A stretch of 64,000 nucleotides of DNA, taken from Amphiscolops sp. MND2022 (lineage: Eukaryota). The position numbers and the translations under genes were made by a program. Shown in pieces: positions 24,595 through 38,460 of this stretch (position 1 is the first letter of the stretch; each line of letters begins with the position of its first letter). The stretch is taken from assembly GCA_964187785.1 (NCBI GenBank), contig OZ076409.1:9302001-9366000 (forward strand), read 5' to 3'. A model generated the notes under the pieces. The model ran no database searches. It was not told the DNA's origin and saw only the letters and a list, made by a program, of their open reading frames with translations.

Positions 24595-25836
24595 CCATTG
24601 TAATTATTTAGCGCCGTTGTTTTAAGATAAATAGAAAATAATTTAGTTATTAAATATATCAAATACTGATTTCGCTTGTTGTTTCTCTTTCTCGTTTTCT
24701 CTCTTTCCTTTGTTTCTCTGTTCTTTCTGCATAGACTGAGCATTTTTTGCGATATTAATAACTCAGCTGGGGCTGTGACACCAATGAAGTTTCTGTAAAT
24801 GTTTTGTAAATGTATTGTAGACTAATAATGTATGTGATGCAATACATACATCAACCTGTATTATCCAATCGAATGTGATCTGTAATGTGCACTTACAATT
24901 CGATATACAGTAACACGGAACCTGAATTCAACCTCTTACCTCTGGTTGTCTTTTAATAAGACCTAACACTGCATCTCTGCTCTGTTGGAAGTCCCCTTTA
25001 ATGTTCATAACTCATCACAGTCATATCTATTCAAAATAATGTGAACAAAACACCAAACCAAATACAATTACTTTACTGATGCGAAAAGTCTAGAAACGGA
25101 AACTACCTAACTGTCTGACTGAATTCGAACACAGGGAACTGTAGAGTACTATATCAGCCCCATTTTTCATGAAAACAAAGGAAACATTTCATTTTGACAA
25201 TAAGCTTCAATTAAGCTTTGATGAGCGAATATAGAGATGTCTGCTATAGAGATTGGTACCAGTTTTTTGGAATATCGGAAGTTTATTTGGAGGAATTGAG
25301 CTGGTTGGCGCTTAAATTACTGAAATTTCAATCAAGCAGCTCTGCGGTTGAAAAATAAATGGGGGGATTTCCGTGGGATTACTAGAAAACCACGAGAAAT
25401 GTATCTAAAAACTTACAAAAACTGAGAAGTGAAAGCAGTGAAATATTAAAAATATAATATAAAATTTACGACGCTGTCGGTACAAACTATTCGGCCTTCG
25501 TTTTTTTCAACCAAAAGACTTCTGTAAGCCGAAAACTTTCATTGTCCAAAAAAACTAGCTTGAATTGTTTAAGCAATAGGTAAGACGCCAAAAAGGATAA
25601 GAGAAAACGGTCCCGAGATACTTTTGGAGCTAATTTAGTCTTGAGCAGCTCATTCAATGTGAGTCGAAGACTCATTATCTAAAAGAAAGACTCAAAATCA
25701 AATAAAACAACCAAATTTCAAGGCCACTACTCAATATGGACTTGTTTTACACCACAAAATAGCCCAAAACATGATTCCCTACATTTTTCGTTAACTTTCT
25801 ATTCGATTTCAATTTTTCCATGTGAAACAAGAATTA

Positions 25837-26953
25837 CAGTGAACGGGCAAAAGTTCACGACAGGAAAATCCAATGTTTAAAATTTTTGAAAGCGAAAATA
25901 TACTCGTGCTTCCGTTTATTCAAACTCATTTAATACACAAAAAAGGGTTAAACGAACGTCTCAAGGGCGTGTTAAAGTTATTCTTCGGGACTTTGGCTTT
26001 ATTTGGCCAAAAATACGGAAAATGGGATTCACAACAAACAAATGTAATGGGCAAACAATTAATTTTAAAAACGTAAAAAAAGAGACGTTTTCGGCGCTAA
26101 ACGAAGCGGTAGACCGCAGAAAATGACCTGCGTATGTTAAAAAGACAACAAGGCCTCGGCAGGGAAACTTCGGGTCAATTTCAACAACTTTAGCTTGAAA
26201 AGTGTGTCGACAAAAAAATTCGACGAGCTCTGCACAAAATGAGGTGTGCTGCTGCGAAGAAAAACAAAAAAATAGAGCCAAAACCCGAATCAATTGACTC
26301 ATCTAGGCGAAGCAGCGGAGACATAGTACCGTTGAAGAATGAAAGAGGATTGTTTTCAGTGATTAATGCAAGTTTGCATTGAGGAGTGACGGACGAGTCT
26401 ATGTATGGAGAACTGCTGGTACTCGATACAAGCCATTCAACACAACTGAAAAGTCAACATCACGATTCTCCCTTATGTTTTAGAGGTAAGTGGCACTGGG
26501 TTAAAGTGTCGTTGAAGGCCACAGCAAGATGCAAAAGTGCAAATTATATCAACTTGCTAACGACTGCCAGAATCGACACCCTGAGCAACACCATTATTTT
26601 GTGGATGACAACTGTCCAACTCATCAACCGAACGAAGTCAAGCAGTGGTTCCACGACAATGGCTCCGCCAAAAAGGTCTCCCCCTATAGCCCTTTCCTGA
26701 TTTCAACCCTATAGAAAATGTTTGGGCCCACGTGAAACGATAAATGAATGCAATGCACCTGACGCCTGATACCCTCGAAGAAGTTCTTTTTTTCTGTTTG
26801 GAAAAACGTTAAGGGCTCTTTTATTGATAAACTTCATTGTTCTATGCCGCACCGTATTAACTGTGGATTTTCAATAAAATAAAGACGTATATTTCTAAAA
26901 AAAACAACAACGTTACCTGAAACCAGAGGACGTTAATTTTTGTATATGCACTG
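25837..26953 (+). mobile_element. Decayed Tc1/mariner DNA transposon
   Basis: TA-CAGTG...CACTG-TA termini; transposase remnants RIVFSD (~26350), DDNCPTH (~26605), PYSP..PDFNPIENVW (~26685-26725). Confidence 0.85.
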
Positions 26954-27129
26954 TAAAAGTGGTGCTGCTAAATTCTATGTCAGCTTTAAAAAGCCCAGAA
27001 AGGCTCGATTATACGAATATTACGGCTTCCTCAATGCACATTCGATTCCCATGCCCAGGGCAAGAGGGTGATGGAACCCTAAACTAAAAGCGAGTGAACA
27101 ACTAACTAATGTCTGGCTTGTTTACTTGC

Positions 27130-27390
27130 CTTTTGTACCTCGCCCAAGCCCGGCTTCTCGATGCCCAGGCGGTCGATCATGCACTTCTCGAAGGGCCACT
27201 GGGAGGGTCTGCACATGCGCTGGTAGCCGAGCTGTCTGTGGTGCAGACACCCCGCGTGCTCCGTGAACTCGGCCGCGCACTCCGCCTTGATCTTGCTCAG
27301 AAGCTCCTGGCCACACGCCGTCACCTCCCTCCCCTCGGGCAGACACTGCCGCATGTCCCCCGCCTCCTCACGCATGCACAGCATGAACTC
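27130..27390 (-). CDS. NDUFA8: Internal exon of NADH:ubiquinone oxidoreductase subunit A8 (host gene)
   Basis: EFMLC.REE..D.RQCL.EG..V..C.....IK..CA.EFT....C....CR..Q..F..C..DRLG...P.LGE matches the NDUFA8 cysteine pattern; high GC3; acceptor TTGTGTAG at 27392-27391; in-frame donors after 27139 (GT) or 27130 (GC). Confidence 0.9.
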
Positions 27391-27424
27391 CTACACAACG
27401 ACAAACAACCAGGCATGTAAAATG

Positions 27425-27760
27425 GGCTCTTTTCTGTCCCCCCCCCCACCACCCAAGTTAAAGTCTATTAGAACAGTTTTTTGCTTGAACAAAACATTGT
27501 TCACACATTTTGACTATAATTGTGTGTTCGTATTAAGTGTTTATTTATGATTCAAAACAGGAAGCTGTTGATTTCTTCATCAAAAATGCGTGACCAAATA
27601 GGGAAAAAATGTGAACAAAGTTTGTATCTCAATTCTAAACTGTCACCCTGAGAATACATTTGAAATGGGACCTTTCTGGTTGGCATTAAAGTCTTTTTTC
27701 ATTGGATTTTCATTATTTTTCAAAAAAAATTGGTGGTGGGGGGGGGGGCAGAAAAGAGCC
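27425..27760. mobile_element. MITE with ~30-bp TIRs (GGCTCTTTTCTG-polyC-ACCACC)
   Basis: Inverted termini; flanks GTAAAATG / GTAAAATA fit an 8-bp TSD with one mismatch. Confidence 0.8.
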
Positions 27761-28602
27761 GTAAAATATTGTATTTAAATATTATTTTATAAAAAATGAA
27801 TATATTTAATAGTTGCTGGTTGACAATGAATATATTAAATATATTGTACAAAATTATGTGAGGAAAAAAGTATATTGTTGGAACAAAAATTTTGTTTGTA
27901 CACTTATTGGACTGTATTTATAACCATGTAAAAATTGACCAAGTTTGCTGAAATTATTTTTCTACACTAGAAATTGAATTGACAAGCAACAACAGTTAAA
28001 GTAGTGATATACAGTACACACAGTCAAGTGTACACGATACAAGATACACGACAGGATACACGATTTTTTCCTTTTTTAATACTCGAACCTACACAATTTT
28101 TTGAAATATACACGGAAAATACACGAAATTATACGATAATTAAATTGAGCGGGTGAATTAGGGAGGTTAAAGTAGTGATATTGCACCAATTTTACTGATT
28201 GCTGACGGAAACTTGCAAATGAAAGAAAAAAGGAAAACACTGTATTTCTTCATACAAAATATCTAAAATGTAAATACATATATGAAGGGCAGTGTAAGAA
28301 CGTATTGTTTAAAAAATTGGACATCACAAAAAACTGTAATAAAACAAAGATTGAGCAGAAGAGGTTGTTTTTCAGCTGCTCACTAGTGGCAAAACCATGA
28401 ACTTCTCTGATTTTGATCAAATTATGATTCTCGTCTTTTTCTCATGTTCGAATTTTCAGCCATAAAAATTTCATTAAATTTGAACTTCTTGAACGCCTTT
28501 CGCATGTGTGAATTTGAATTTGGAGATCAATCGTGAAGAGTAGTTGAAAAAGTTAAAGTTAAAGTGTTCTATATCAGTTGTGAGAGCAGAATGAGAGCAG
28601 TT

Positions 28603-31323
28603 TTAAAAAAACTGTGGAGGATAATTTGTCTGAGCGTACACTTTGATGGGGGCATCCGTACCATTTTTGACAAACAAGCTAAATTTATCAGCTAAATTGT
28701 CATGTTGAGTAGTTAAAATGTCATGTTGATTTGGATAAATGTCATGTTGAATTTCATTGGTAGTAGAATAATTAGGTAGAGTTGGATTTTGTTCTTGTGA
28801 GAAAGGAAGCATAGAGGTTCGATAATTAATTGTGGGTTGAGAAAGTGGTTGTCGCTTTGGAAGTAATTTAAGTCGTGTTAAACGAAATTTATTTGGTTTT
28901 GTATAGAAAGGCGGAGGGGAAGTAATTCCAGTTGTTTTACCAATGGAAGGTGTTTGATTGTCAGAAAAAGGATTTGAAATGTCAGAAAAGTTATCGTGTG
29001 ATTTAGAGGTTGGAAGTGCTAACTTGGGTTTTTTACGGTGAGTATGATTTAGGCCATTCACCATTTCAGCTGTGAGAATATTAAAGAAAACATGTGCTAT
29101 TGAACTAAATGAAGTATTATTTTGTTTCAGATTGTATTTAATTGAAATTGTTTTGTATACTTTTACAATGAGTGTGAAAGTTGCTCGTACAAAAATAAAT
29201 GTGGAAAAATATATTCTACATTCAGTTAAAATATATCATGGATATCCAAACAGTGCATTGAAAGCATCGGAAAACCATGTGGGTGTAAAAAGAGGAGTAA
29301 GAATTTTAAGTTTGTCATGTAAACCAATACGTAATGTATTGTACGGATTTTCATGAGGAGAATTTGCATCGTAGTGAGAGGTATTAGATGAAATAAAGGA
29401 GTAACTGAGAGCTTTTCCTAAAAGTTGAAGTGTAGAATCAGAATGTTTAGAAAAAAGCAATCTGTTCCAAAAATGGTCAAGTTCAGCATTAGAAAATATG
29501 CCACCATCTTGATCTGTGAAAGTGTTAGGACGTATTGTAGTTTTGATTTGAGAAGGTGTGAACACTAATGGTGGTTTTCGTTTAATAGGTTCTGGTCCAA
29601 GAATGTAAAAGTCTTCATCATCAGAATCAGGATCTAGTTCAATAAAGTTCCGTGGGTTATTATCACATGCAATAGGAGTTGTCTTGCAATTGGATCGACG
29701 TACATAAGTGTGTCTTTGAAGTGTATAGGTATACGATCATAGCATCGGGCAGCTTTGTATAAAGGAAAAAGAACGTGTGGACAATCATAAAGCCAGGCAG
29801 TTGAACCTTCAACGTATACGTTACTTCTATTTTCTGTTAAAAAGGAAGCCAGCAAGTTTAGGATTTTGAACTGACAATGCTAGTATTGTAAGGAGTTGAT
29901 TTCTTTCTAATGCACAAACTGTTTGAAGAGTATTTAGTTCTTGTACTGTCATTGAACGAAAAACATGGTTTATAGTGTAACCAATATTTGTATTTATACG
30001 AGCATCATAATCTATTGTAGCAAAGTTGTTTGAAACATTAAATGCAGGAAAAATGAATTTGTTATTAGAGTTGTCTAATACAATTTTACCAGAATTATAT
30101 TTGTTGATCATCGATTGTGGATTTGGTTGTCCTGTATGCATATTAAAACCATCTGTATAAGTTACGAAAAGATCAGAATATTGTGTAGAATAAAGAGGGT
30201 CAGTTTACCACAGAAAGTTTGAGCATTTGAAAATACTTCGAAACGTGAAAGACTAGGACTATTTGGGTTTTGTGTATGAGGAGCGTGTACATGGGGGTGT
30301 ACTGTACCCTTAATGCCAGATGTTGCCCCAGGTTTTGTTGAGTGTGAAGAATGTACAAAAGAATCTGTTTCAATCCAATATCAATCTCGAATTTTTGTCA
30401 TTCGTCGAATAAAGTCTTGTAATGTAAAAATTAAACAAAAATCATCACTAAACCAAACAAGAGTGAAAGGAGTTTTAGTAATTGGTTTGCAAAAGCTACC
30501 TGCAAACAGCAGGGTAAAGTATGTCCATCTATTATTATAACGTTTTCTGTATCGTCATATGTATGTTCAAGTTCAGAATCTTCTATTCGCCAACTGAATA
30601 AATTGACTTCGAATTGATGATGAGCAGGACAGTTGTAATAAGGGTTTTTATTTGGGCATATATCCAATCTTTATCAACAGGCATGAAGGTAAAGGTACCT
30701 GTGTACATTTTGTTTAATTTATATACTGTGAAAGGCGTCTAAAATTGTTCCAAGCGTTCTTGAAAGTAATGGTCTTCTAACAGTGTAAAGGTTTTGTAGT
30801 AATGAAAGTTGTTTAATATTTTATTAATTGTACCATTTAGATGTCTAACAATGTTCTTGCATTCTAAAGGATTAAAGGTAACAGGAAGTGGTATAGTGTT
30901 ATGGTTTCATACTCTCCTATCAACACGTCGATATTTGACTGAGCCTTGAAAACAAATTTTTCTTTCATTTCCGGCATATGCGACACATTTGTAAGCTTTA
31001 ATGCGCTTAGCTTTTGCTCTGACATAGACTCGGGCTTTAACACTAGCGTGTTGTATGTTTGAAGGAGCTTCTGTACATTGTTTCACAAAAGGTAGATTAA
31101 ATTGTCTCAAATTATATTGCTTCTCGCAATCATAATAGGAAACCATAAAGTTTGTATTATTTGGATCGTCTGATGGGAGGTAGTCGTCTGTATTTGTTGG
31201 TGACATAATTATAGTAGATGTAGACGTTATTAGATATGAATAAAATAGTATATTAGTGATAGAGAGGAATACATAAAACTTAAAAGGAAGTTGAGTATTT
31301 AAGTCCAGAATATGGGTTGCCAT
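28603..31323 (-). pseudogene. Envelope glycoprotein, chuvirus-G/herpes-gB-like (class III), disrupted
   Basis: Hydrophobic leader then SYYDC; VCALERNQLLTILALSVQNP; EGSTAWLYDC; CYDRIPI...YVDPIAR; transmembrane-like stretch near 29150-29230; cytoplasmic tail 28603-29064. Confidence 0.75.
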
Positions 31324-34300
31324 ATGTTAAAGAGGGAAGATTAGGATCTCTTTCAAACTCTATGTGTACAACTTTTAAAGGAGCAGGAGTAGTTTCGTGT
31401 TCTATTTTTGCAACGTGAAATACTGGATTCGGATCGAAACCTTGACATATGACTTTATTTTCAAACATTAATTCTTGGTTAGGAGTTTGGAGTCTTTTAA
31501 GTTCTGTTTCGTTTCTTTTCTTCGAAAGTAACTCGTTATTTGCAAGAAAGCGTTCTGTAAGAATCGGAAAACGAGGATCGTGTGATGGATCGTATATGGT
31601 AGTTCCGTCAACTCGAAATGGAAAATCTGCAAAATTAGGAGTTGGAGGTCTAGAGTGTTCTGCAGTATAATATTCAGGTATTCTAATATGTTCAGGTACA
31701 GGAGTAGGTTTTATAACTTCACTAGGAAATTATTGTCTAGAAGGTTTGATGGTGATGTAGAAGGTTTTTGACGTGGTTCCAGTGGAGGATACAGTTTTGA
31801 AGAGGTTATACTGATTTCCGATGGTAATTGTAATGGAGGTAGTTGTGTGTATTCAGTATCATGAACATTTACAAGATTGAGTTGAGGTTGAAGTCTAACA
31901 GTTTTGATAGCAGTAGGTTGTTTGTAATTTACGTAGCAATCAACAGATTCAGGGTTTGGTATGTGTACTAAAGGAGTATTGATTGCTGATGTTTGAGAAC
32001 GGGAAGTAATAGGGATTTCGGTTATTGGTGGTCTACTGGTAATAGATGAAGATAATACAGAAGATGTGTCAGTGATTAGTGATCTTGTTCTTTTGTAAGG
32101 CAGTTACAGGAGTTGCATTGCGGGTTTGAGATGTAGAAGTGACTTGAGATTCAGTATTAGTAGTAGATAGACTCGGAGCAGAAGGAGCTGTATCAGAAGA
32201 AGAATCCAGGATTATAGTGTATACTTGAAATGTCTTCACATAGGGTATGTTCATTTTCAAGTTTTGATCACTTTCTGTCGACTAGTTTTCATTGAGCCAG
32301 TAGAGTGAATGGTTGTTTGTAGATTTTTGAAGGTGGTATAAAGAGTCTGTAGTCCATTTGTGGTTGTTGTCTCAGAGTGTAATGAGTTTTGTTAGTTCAG
32401 TCCATTGGATGAGGAAGTAAATTAGATTGATCTTGAGATAGGCGTCGTGATCTGTCAATAGAGATAACAGCTTCAGGGGTTTTAATTATCTGTTTGAAAA
32501 GTGAGTTGTCATACAGTTTGATAGGTGAGTTGTCATTTGAAGAAGGAGTTGGACAATCGTAATTTGATGTAGTTGATGGTGTCATAAGTTTTCGAAGTAG
32601 TTCATCATTAGATGCTGATTCGTCGGAATTAAAAAGGGAAGAGTCACTGTTTGCATATTTAAGGAGTTTTGGAATGTGAAATTGAGTGGAGTCTGAGAAA
32701 CGCAAGAAACTACTCAAGTCTGGGTACAAAAGTTGTTTTTTTTTGGGTAGTAAGGCATTAAGTGGTTTCTGTGAACGTGTACTGTAGAGCCATCTTGGAA
32801 AGGAGTTCATATGTGACGTCAGATAATCAATCAAGAACTTTATATCGTCGTATCCGAAGCAGTTTTGTTTGTCAGAGAAGTGAATATGAAAGAAGTTTCG
32901 TTTTAAAACAAATGTACCAATAAGAAGTGGTTTACCTTCATGATAGGTTTTTGTAATATATGCATGTGAGTTAATTTTTTGAGAGTGTTTTCATATACTG
33001 TAGAATATATTTGTAACCTAGCAGTTTCTACGAAGAACAATATTTGAAAATACATGTTTTTGAGGTATTACAGTTAGGATTTAAATCAAAGGTAAGGGGG
33101 GGATTCTGGGTTGTGTGTTGTAGACAATTTCATGAGGAGATACATTAAGTTCCCAAAGTGGTTGTGAATTATGGGCATAAGCATACATGTGGACTTGGAA
33201 AGCCCAATCTTTAGGAGTGTCGTGAGGGAACATTCGAAGCTGTGTGCCAAGATTTCTGTTTTGGACTTCTACAAGACCATTTGTCCGAACAGAATAAGCT
33301 GTTTTAGGGGAGTGTCTACTTCCCCTAGGTGTACAAAGGTGTGTCATTTCTTTATTAACATATTCTGATCCTCGATCAGTAACGAGATATATGATTGGTC
33401 AAAATTTATTGACCCATTGATGTAACAGAGTTTTTAAGGCAGTTTTGGCGTTATTTGATTTGATTGGTACTGTAACCACAAAGTGACTGAAAGCATCAAT
33501 TATGACATGAAGGTAGGATTTGTTGTGTGAAGGAGGATTGATAGGTCCTTTGGTATCCATGGAAATACGGTAGTTGAAAGACGGAGAATGTTCTGAAAAA
33601 GATTGTGTAGTAGCAGTTTAGATTATCATGTTGAAGTGTTTGTTGCGTTGACATTCTATACAGTCATGTATGAAAACTGAGAGCCATTTCCCAAGATATG
33701 GGATACAGTATTAATGAGAAAATGTATTGTAAGTTATTTTGATACCTGTGTGAGAGTGTTAATGAAGTTCATTAAAGACAGTTCGGAACATTCTGAATGG
33801 AAGACTGATGCGGATGGTATCGCGTATGATATTTGGAGAAGAGGTGTGATTGGTTGTAGTGGAATTTGTAATTGTTGTATATAGACTAATGAGATTCAAG
33901 GAGTCTTCGATGAATAGTTGAGAAAAACTTTTGCTTCATTCATGTAAAAAAGGAGTACCAGTGATGAGGGATGTAAAAAATTCTGGTTTCTCATTATGAG
34001 TTAACCAAGAATATACAGTTCTAAGAACTGGGTCTTGGGATTGTTGATGTTGAAGAGTTTTGAGATCTAATGAGTAATCATCAGGAAGAAAGAAACCTTG
34101 AAAATCGTTTTTGTATGTGAAAAAGGAAGTATCATAGAATGGTATGATTTGTGAACAATGTGTGGTATGGCGAGACGTTTATGTTTTTATATTTGAGTAC
34201 GTTTCAGTTGCATCATGTAAAGGGTTATCTGAAGTAAAAGATGAGTCTTGTTTTGGAATTCTGGTTTATACATGTTCTTCATCATCACTTGTAATATCAG

Positions 34301-36733
34301 TATCATTGAGTAAAAGAGATTGTTGATGGAGAGATTTATTGTTCTTTTTGACAGGTGCGTTAAATTTCGTTTGAAATGGAGTTACAGATTTGAATGAAGA
34401 GGAGTTTAAGGGTTTGACAATAATATCGATTCCTCTATCATTTATTCGTATTGAACATTGATTTGTTCCATAATCAGCAAGAATTGGATGCGAGTCAGTT
34501 TTTTGATGTGGTAAAATTTTTTTCATGTTTAATTAAGTATTGTACAGGCTTGAGTGTACTATCTTGTAACACAGCAAAATCAATTTGTAGTGGAAGTTGT
34601 TTGTGTTTTAATTGATTCATTTGAAGTTCAGCTTTTGTAAAAGAACAACTTAACATATCGGCAACAGAGAGATTTTTTCCAGGGGTATGAATGATTTTTA
34701 AATTTGAAAATTTTGTTAATTGCATTTGAGCTCGGTGAGTTGGACTAAGGTTACCTTTTTTTGTTAAGCAATAAAAGAGTGGTTTGTGATCAGTGAAAAC
34801 ATGTTTTGGATGTGGAGAACCAATAATAGGAAATTCGTATATTTGAAGAGCGTGTACTATACCAAGAAGTTCGCGATCGAGTGTAGAAAGTTTTTGTATC
34901 TGTGGGTTCAATATACGAGAGTTGTAAGATACAACTTTCATTTTGTTTTCTTCATTCAATTGGAAAAGAACAGCTTCTAATCCAATAAGCGAAAATCTAC
35001 TGTAATGAAAAAGGCATGTTTTGTATTTGGTATTGTAAGTTCTCTTTCAGAAGTGAGAGACGTTTCGAGTTTTTGGAAAAGAGTTTCGTGTTCGTCTGTC
35101 CATTTCCATGGGGTATTTTCATGTAGAAGTTCGTAAAATGGTTTGAGGTTAATATGTAGTTTTTCAATAAATTTGGTGTAGAAGTTAAGTGCGCCAATGA
35201 AACTCATTAAAGCAATTTTTCCAGTAGGAGAGGGGATTTTGTGGATAGCTGCAATTTTTGAGTGAATAGGTTTAATTGTATTGTAGCCAATTTCATGTCC
35301 GAGAAATTTAACCTTAAGAAGCATGAAAAAGGATTTTTCTGGAGCTCGCTTGAAGTTGCTTTTTGTACTAATAATGTGTAGTTGTTCTATAAATTGAAAC
35401 ATATGTTCTTTAGAGTTTGATAAAAGTAGAATATCATCAACATATACAAGAGCAAAACCTTGTTCTATTAGGGTTTTAAAGAAAGTTGACATTTGTTCTG
35501 TGAAAAACTTTGGAAGTCATTTAAGACAATAAATCCATCGTATAAAAGCGAGTAATTTATCAACAGATGAGAAACTTGTAAGTTTGATTGTTTCTTCATC
35601 ATGGGGTGTATGTGCAGAGGCGTACATTAGGTCAATTGCACTTTTGTACTTTTTATTTGCGCATGCTAATTGAGGAGCAAGAGGTTCAATAGGCCATGAT
35701 TCAATAGATTGTTCTGTATTTGAGTTGGGATGTTGAGTGTCTAATACAAATTTTATAGAATCTCCTTTAGGTATGATAATGAGAGGGTTTTGAAAGGGAG
35801 TTGCACTTTTGCCAACATCAATTCTATGTGTTGCATATCATGTTTTGTAATTGAGTAATAAGTTGCAAAGTGTAATGTACTCGGTATCTGTAAGGTCAGA
35901 GAATTGGAAATGAACTTGCTGATAAATTTGAGATCTTCTGTAGTGTATGGTAGTGAAGGGAAAATTCGATGTTTCGAAGTATGTGAAGTAGGTTGTACGT
36001 TATATAGAGGTGAAGTTTTTGTCGGCATATAAGGATTTGTCATTTACATCTGGTGTAGTGAAAATGGATGGAAAGGACTGTGTCGTCTTTATATTGTGAC
36101 GAGTAGTTAGTTTGTGAAATAATTTCTGGTATGTATGGGTGACTTTGTGTATTGAAGTGTTAATATCATTAACATGATAATGTTTGGGTTTTTCGTTTGT
36201 AATTTGAACTTCAATGTATCGAATGTGTCCGTAGGTAGTGTTGCAATATGATTTGTAGAGTTCTGTATAGGAGTTGCACAGGTGTCCGGTTTGTCTTCTG
36301 TGAAAACTTCTATAAAGTTGAATGTTGTACGGAAGTTAGCAGAGAAGTAAGTTTATGGAACCGTTGGAAAGAATTGATTTTGTGGTGTAATTTTGAAATG
36401 TAAGTTATAGTAGTTCTTTATTGGAAAGTGGGCAGTTTTGAAGAGTTAGGTTTCAAACGTATTTTTTTTAGAATTAATTTATAAATGTATAAAAATATGG
36501 GTAATCTTTGGATAACAATGATGTAATTTTGTATAGTTAGGATATAATGTTGATTGGTGTTTAAATACGGGATAGATTAATACTGATATAGAAGCACCAC
36601 TATCTAAAAGAAATGATATTTCTAATCTAGATGGGTTGTCACGTTGAATATGAGTTGATGGTGTATGTATGTATAAAGAATAGAAACAATTTGTAGGTGT
36701 AACAGCAGTTGCCGTCTCAGTTGGGTGGTACAT
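31280..36733 (-). pseudogene. pol of element B (protease LLDSGAS, RT YVDD, RNase H, integrase, long Ser/Thr/Pro tail)
   Basis: ORFs 36479-36733, 34977-35492, 34495-34959 (DRELL, FTDHKPL, VADMLS), 33081-33347 (TNGLVEVQN). Confidence 0.9.
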
Positions 36734-36739
36734 GTGTAC

Positions 36740-38460
36740 TTCAAAGGTAATTGTGTCCGTTTGATGTTGTGATTGTATTGTATTAAGTTTATTTCTTGTA
36801 TTTGAATGTGAACGTGATCTAGAATATCTAGAATCTCGTGGTCTTGAAGGTGGTTTATAGGACGATGTGTATCTTGTAAAATTGTTGTTATCTCTTGAAT
36901 ATGAACGTGATCTACATCTATGACGAGAGTCATGTCTATAAGGGGATCTGTGAGAAGATCTGTAAAGAGAGCGATATGATCGTGAATATCTTTTGTAGTT
37001 GTCGTATCGTGATCGAGTGTATTGTGGAGGAGTAGTTTTTTTGTCATAACTGAATCGGTTTTGGATGTAGAGCGATATCTCCTTTGTGAGTTTGTATTTC
37101 TGTTATTATATTTACTTCGTGACGGACTTCTGCTTCTATAGCGTATATCATGTCTTTTTGTTCTGTCGTTAGAGGGAGAACGAAAGTACTGTACAAATGA
37201 TTTTTGAGGAGATTTTGATCTAGCATATGCATCTCGTTTATATTCATCGTCTCGTTGTTTTTTGAAACAGGCAGAGATGGAATTGTTTTTATCGATGACA
37301 AAAAGAACAATATTTTTTATATGCAGGTGTTTTTTGTTATTTGGGTCTCGAGATTGCGTAAACATAAATTGTTCTTGTTGTGAAGAGTCAAGAGTTTGAG
37401 TTTTCATTTGATTTGTAATGTTGTTTAATTCTAGTGCAAGATCATGTGTTCTAATTTTATCATTTGCAATGTCTTCAGCATCAACGAGTTTTACGAGTGT
37501 ATGAAAAGTAATCGAAGGTTCTAAAACAGTAGAGGTTAGTTTGACTTGTCGTTTGTTAGCAAAGTCTTTGAGATTTTTAGGGAGTCCTTTTGTTTACATT
37601 TCATTACATTTCAAGTTAATTGTAGATGTATTTTGGTTACACCAGCAGTTTTCAACTAGCTGTGGAACTTTGAGTGCAAAATGTCGTACTGTTTCGTTAT
37701 ACTTTCTAGTAATGCTGAGGGTTTCAACTTGAGCATAGTAAGCGTTTTTCTGTGATGAGGATTGTTTTTTGAAAGCTTGTACAAACGCGTGCCAATCTTG
37801 TTTATAAATATCATTTAAACGGATGTACCAGCTAAGAGCTGTACCAGTTAAAGAGCATTGTATGAAAGCCATTCTTCGTGCGTGCCAAAATACATATTCG
37901 TGGTCAGACGTAAGTTGTAAACATAATGAGAATGTCACACGTGCCTCAAAATGTTGTAAGTACACTTCAGGTGTATAGTTATGATCTAAGCCATCAAAGA
38001 GTTCAATAGGTTCAGTGATTGATGTAGAAGAGATTATGTATGTTGGTTGTGAAATTGTAGGTTGAGGTATTGTAGATGGAGGATTTGTTTTGTATATAGG
38101 TATATTGGAGACATTGGACGATATATTTGGTGGATTTGTAACAGGTTGTGTATACGTAGCATTTACGTGAGGATTAGTTCTAGTAGTTGTAGTATGAGGA
38201 TTGGGTACCTGAAATTTAGTGTTTTGTAATATATTCCGTGATATATTTGATTGTTGAGATGTGGAAGAAGGATTCAGAGTATTGAGCTGGTTGTTGTTTG
38301 TTACAGATGGGTGTGTTTCATTAGGGTTTGTACTGATAAGACTATACGATAAGGGGTTAGTTGGGATAGTTTGTAGTGGATGTCTAGAAAGATGTCTAGA
38401 AGTAGTGTAGTTGGGTAAAGGATTCGACTGAAGAGTAATAATTGTTAATGCAGGTTGCAT
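36740..38460 (-). pseudogene. gag of element B (capsid-like domain, degenerate knuckle, Arg/Ser-rich tract)
   Basis: PIELFDG...LTGTALSWY...W.AF.QAF retrotransposon gag motifs (37594-38460); RSRSPSRS tract in 36622-37407. Confidence 0.8.
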
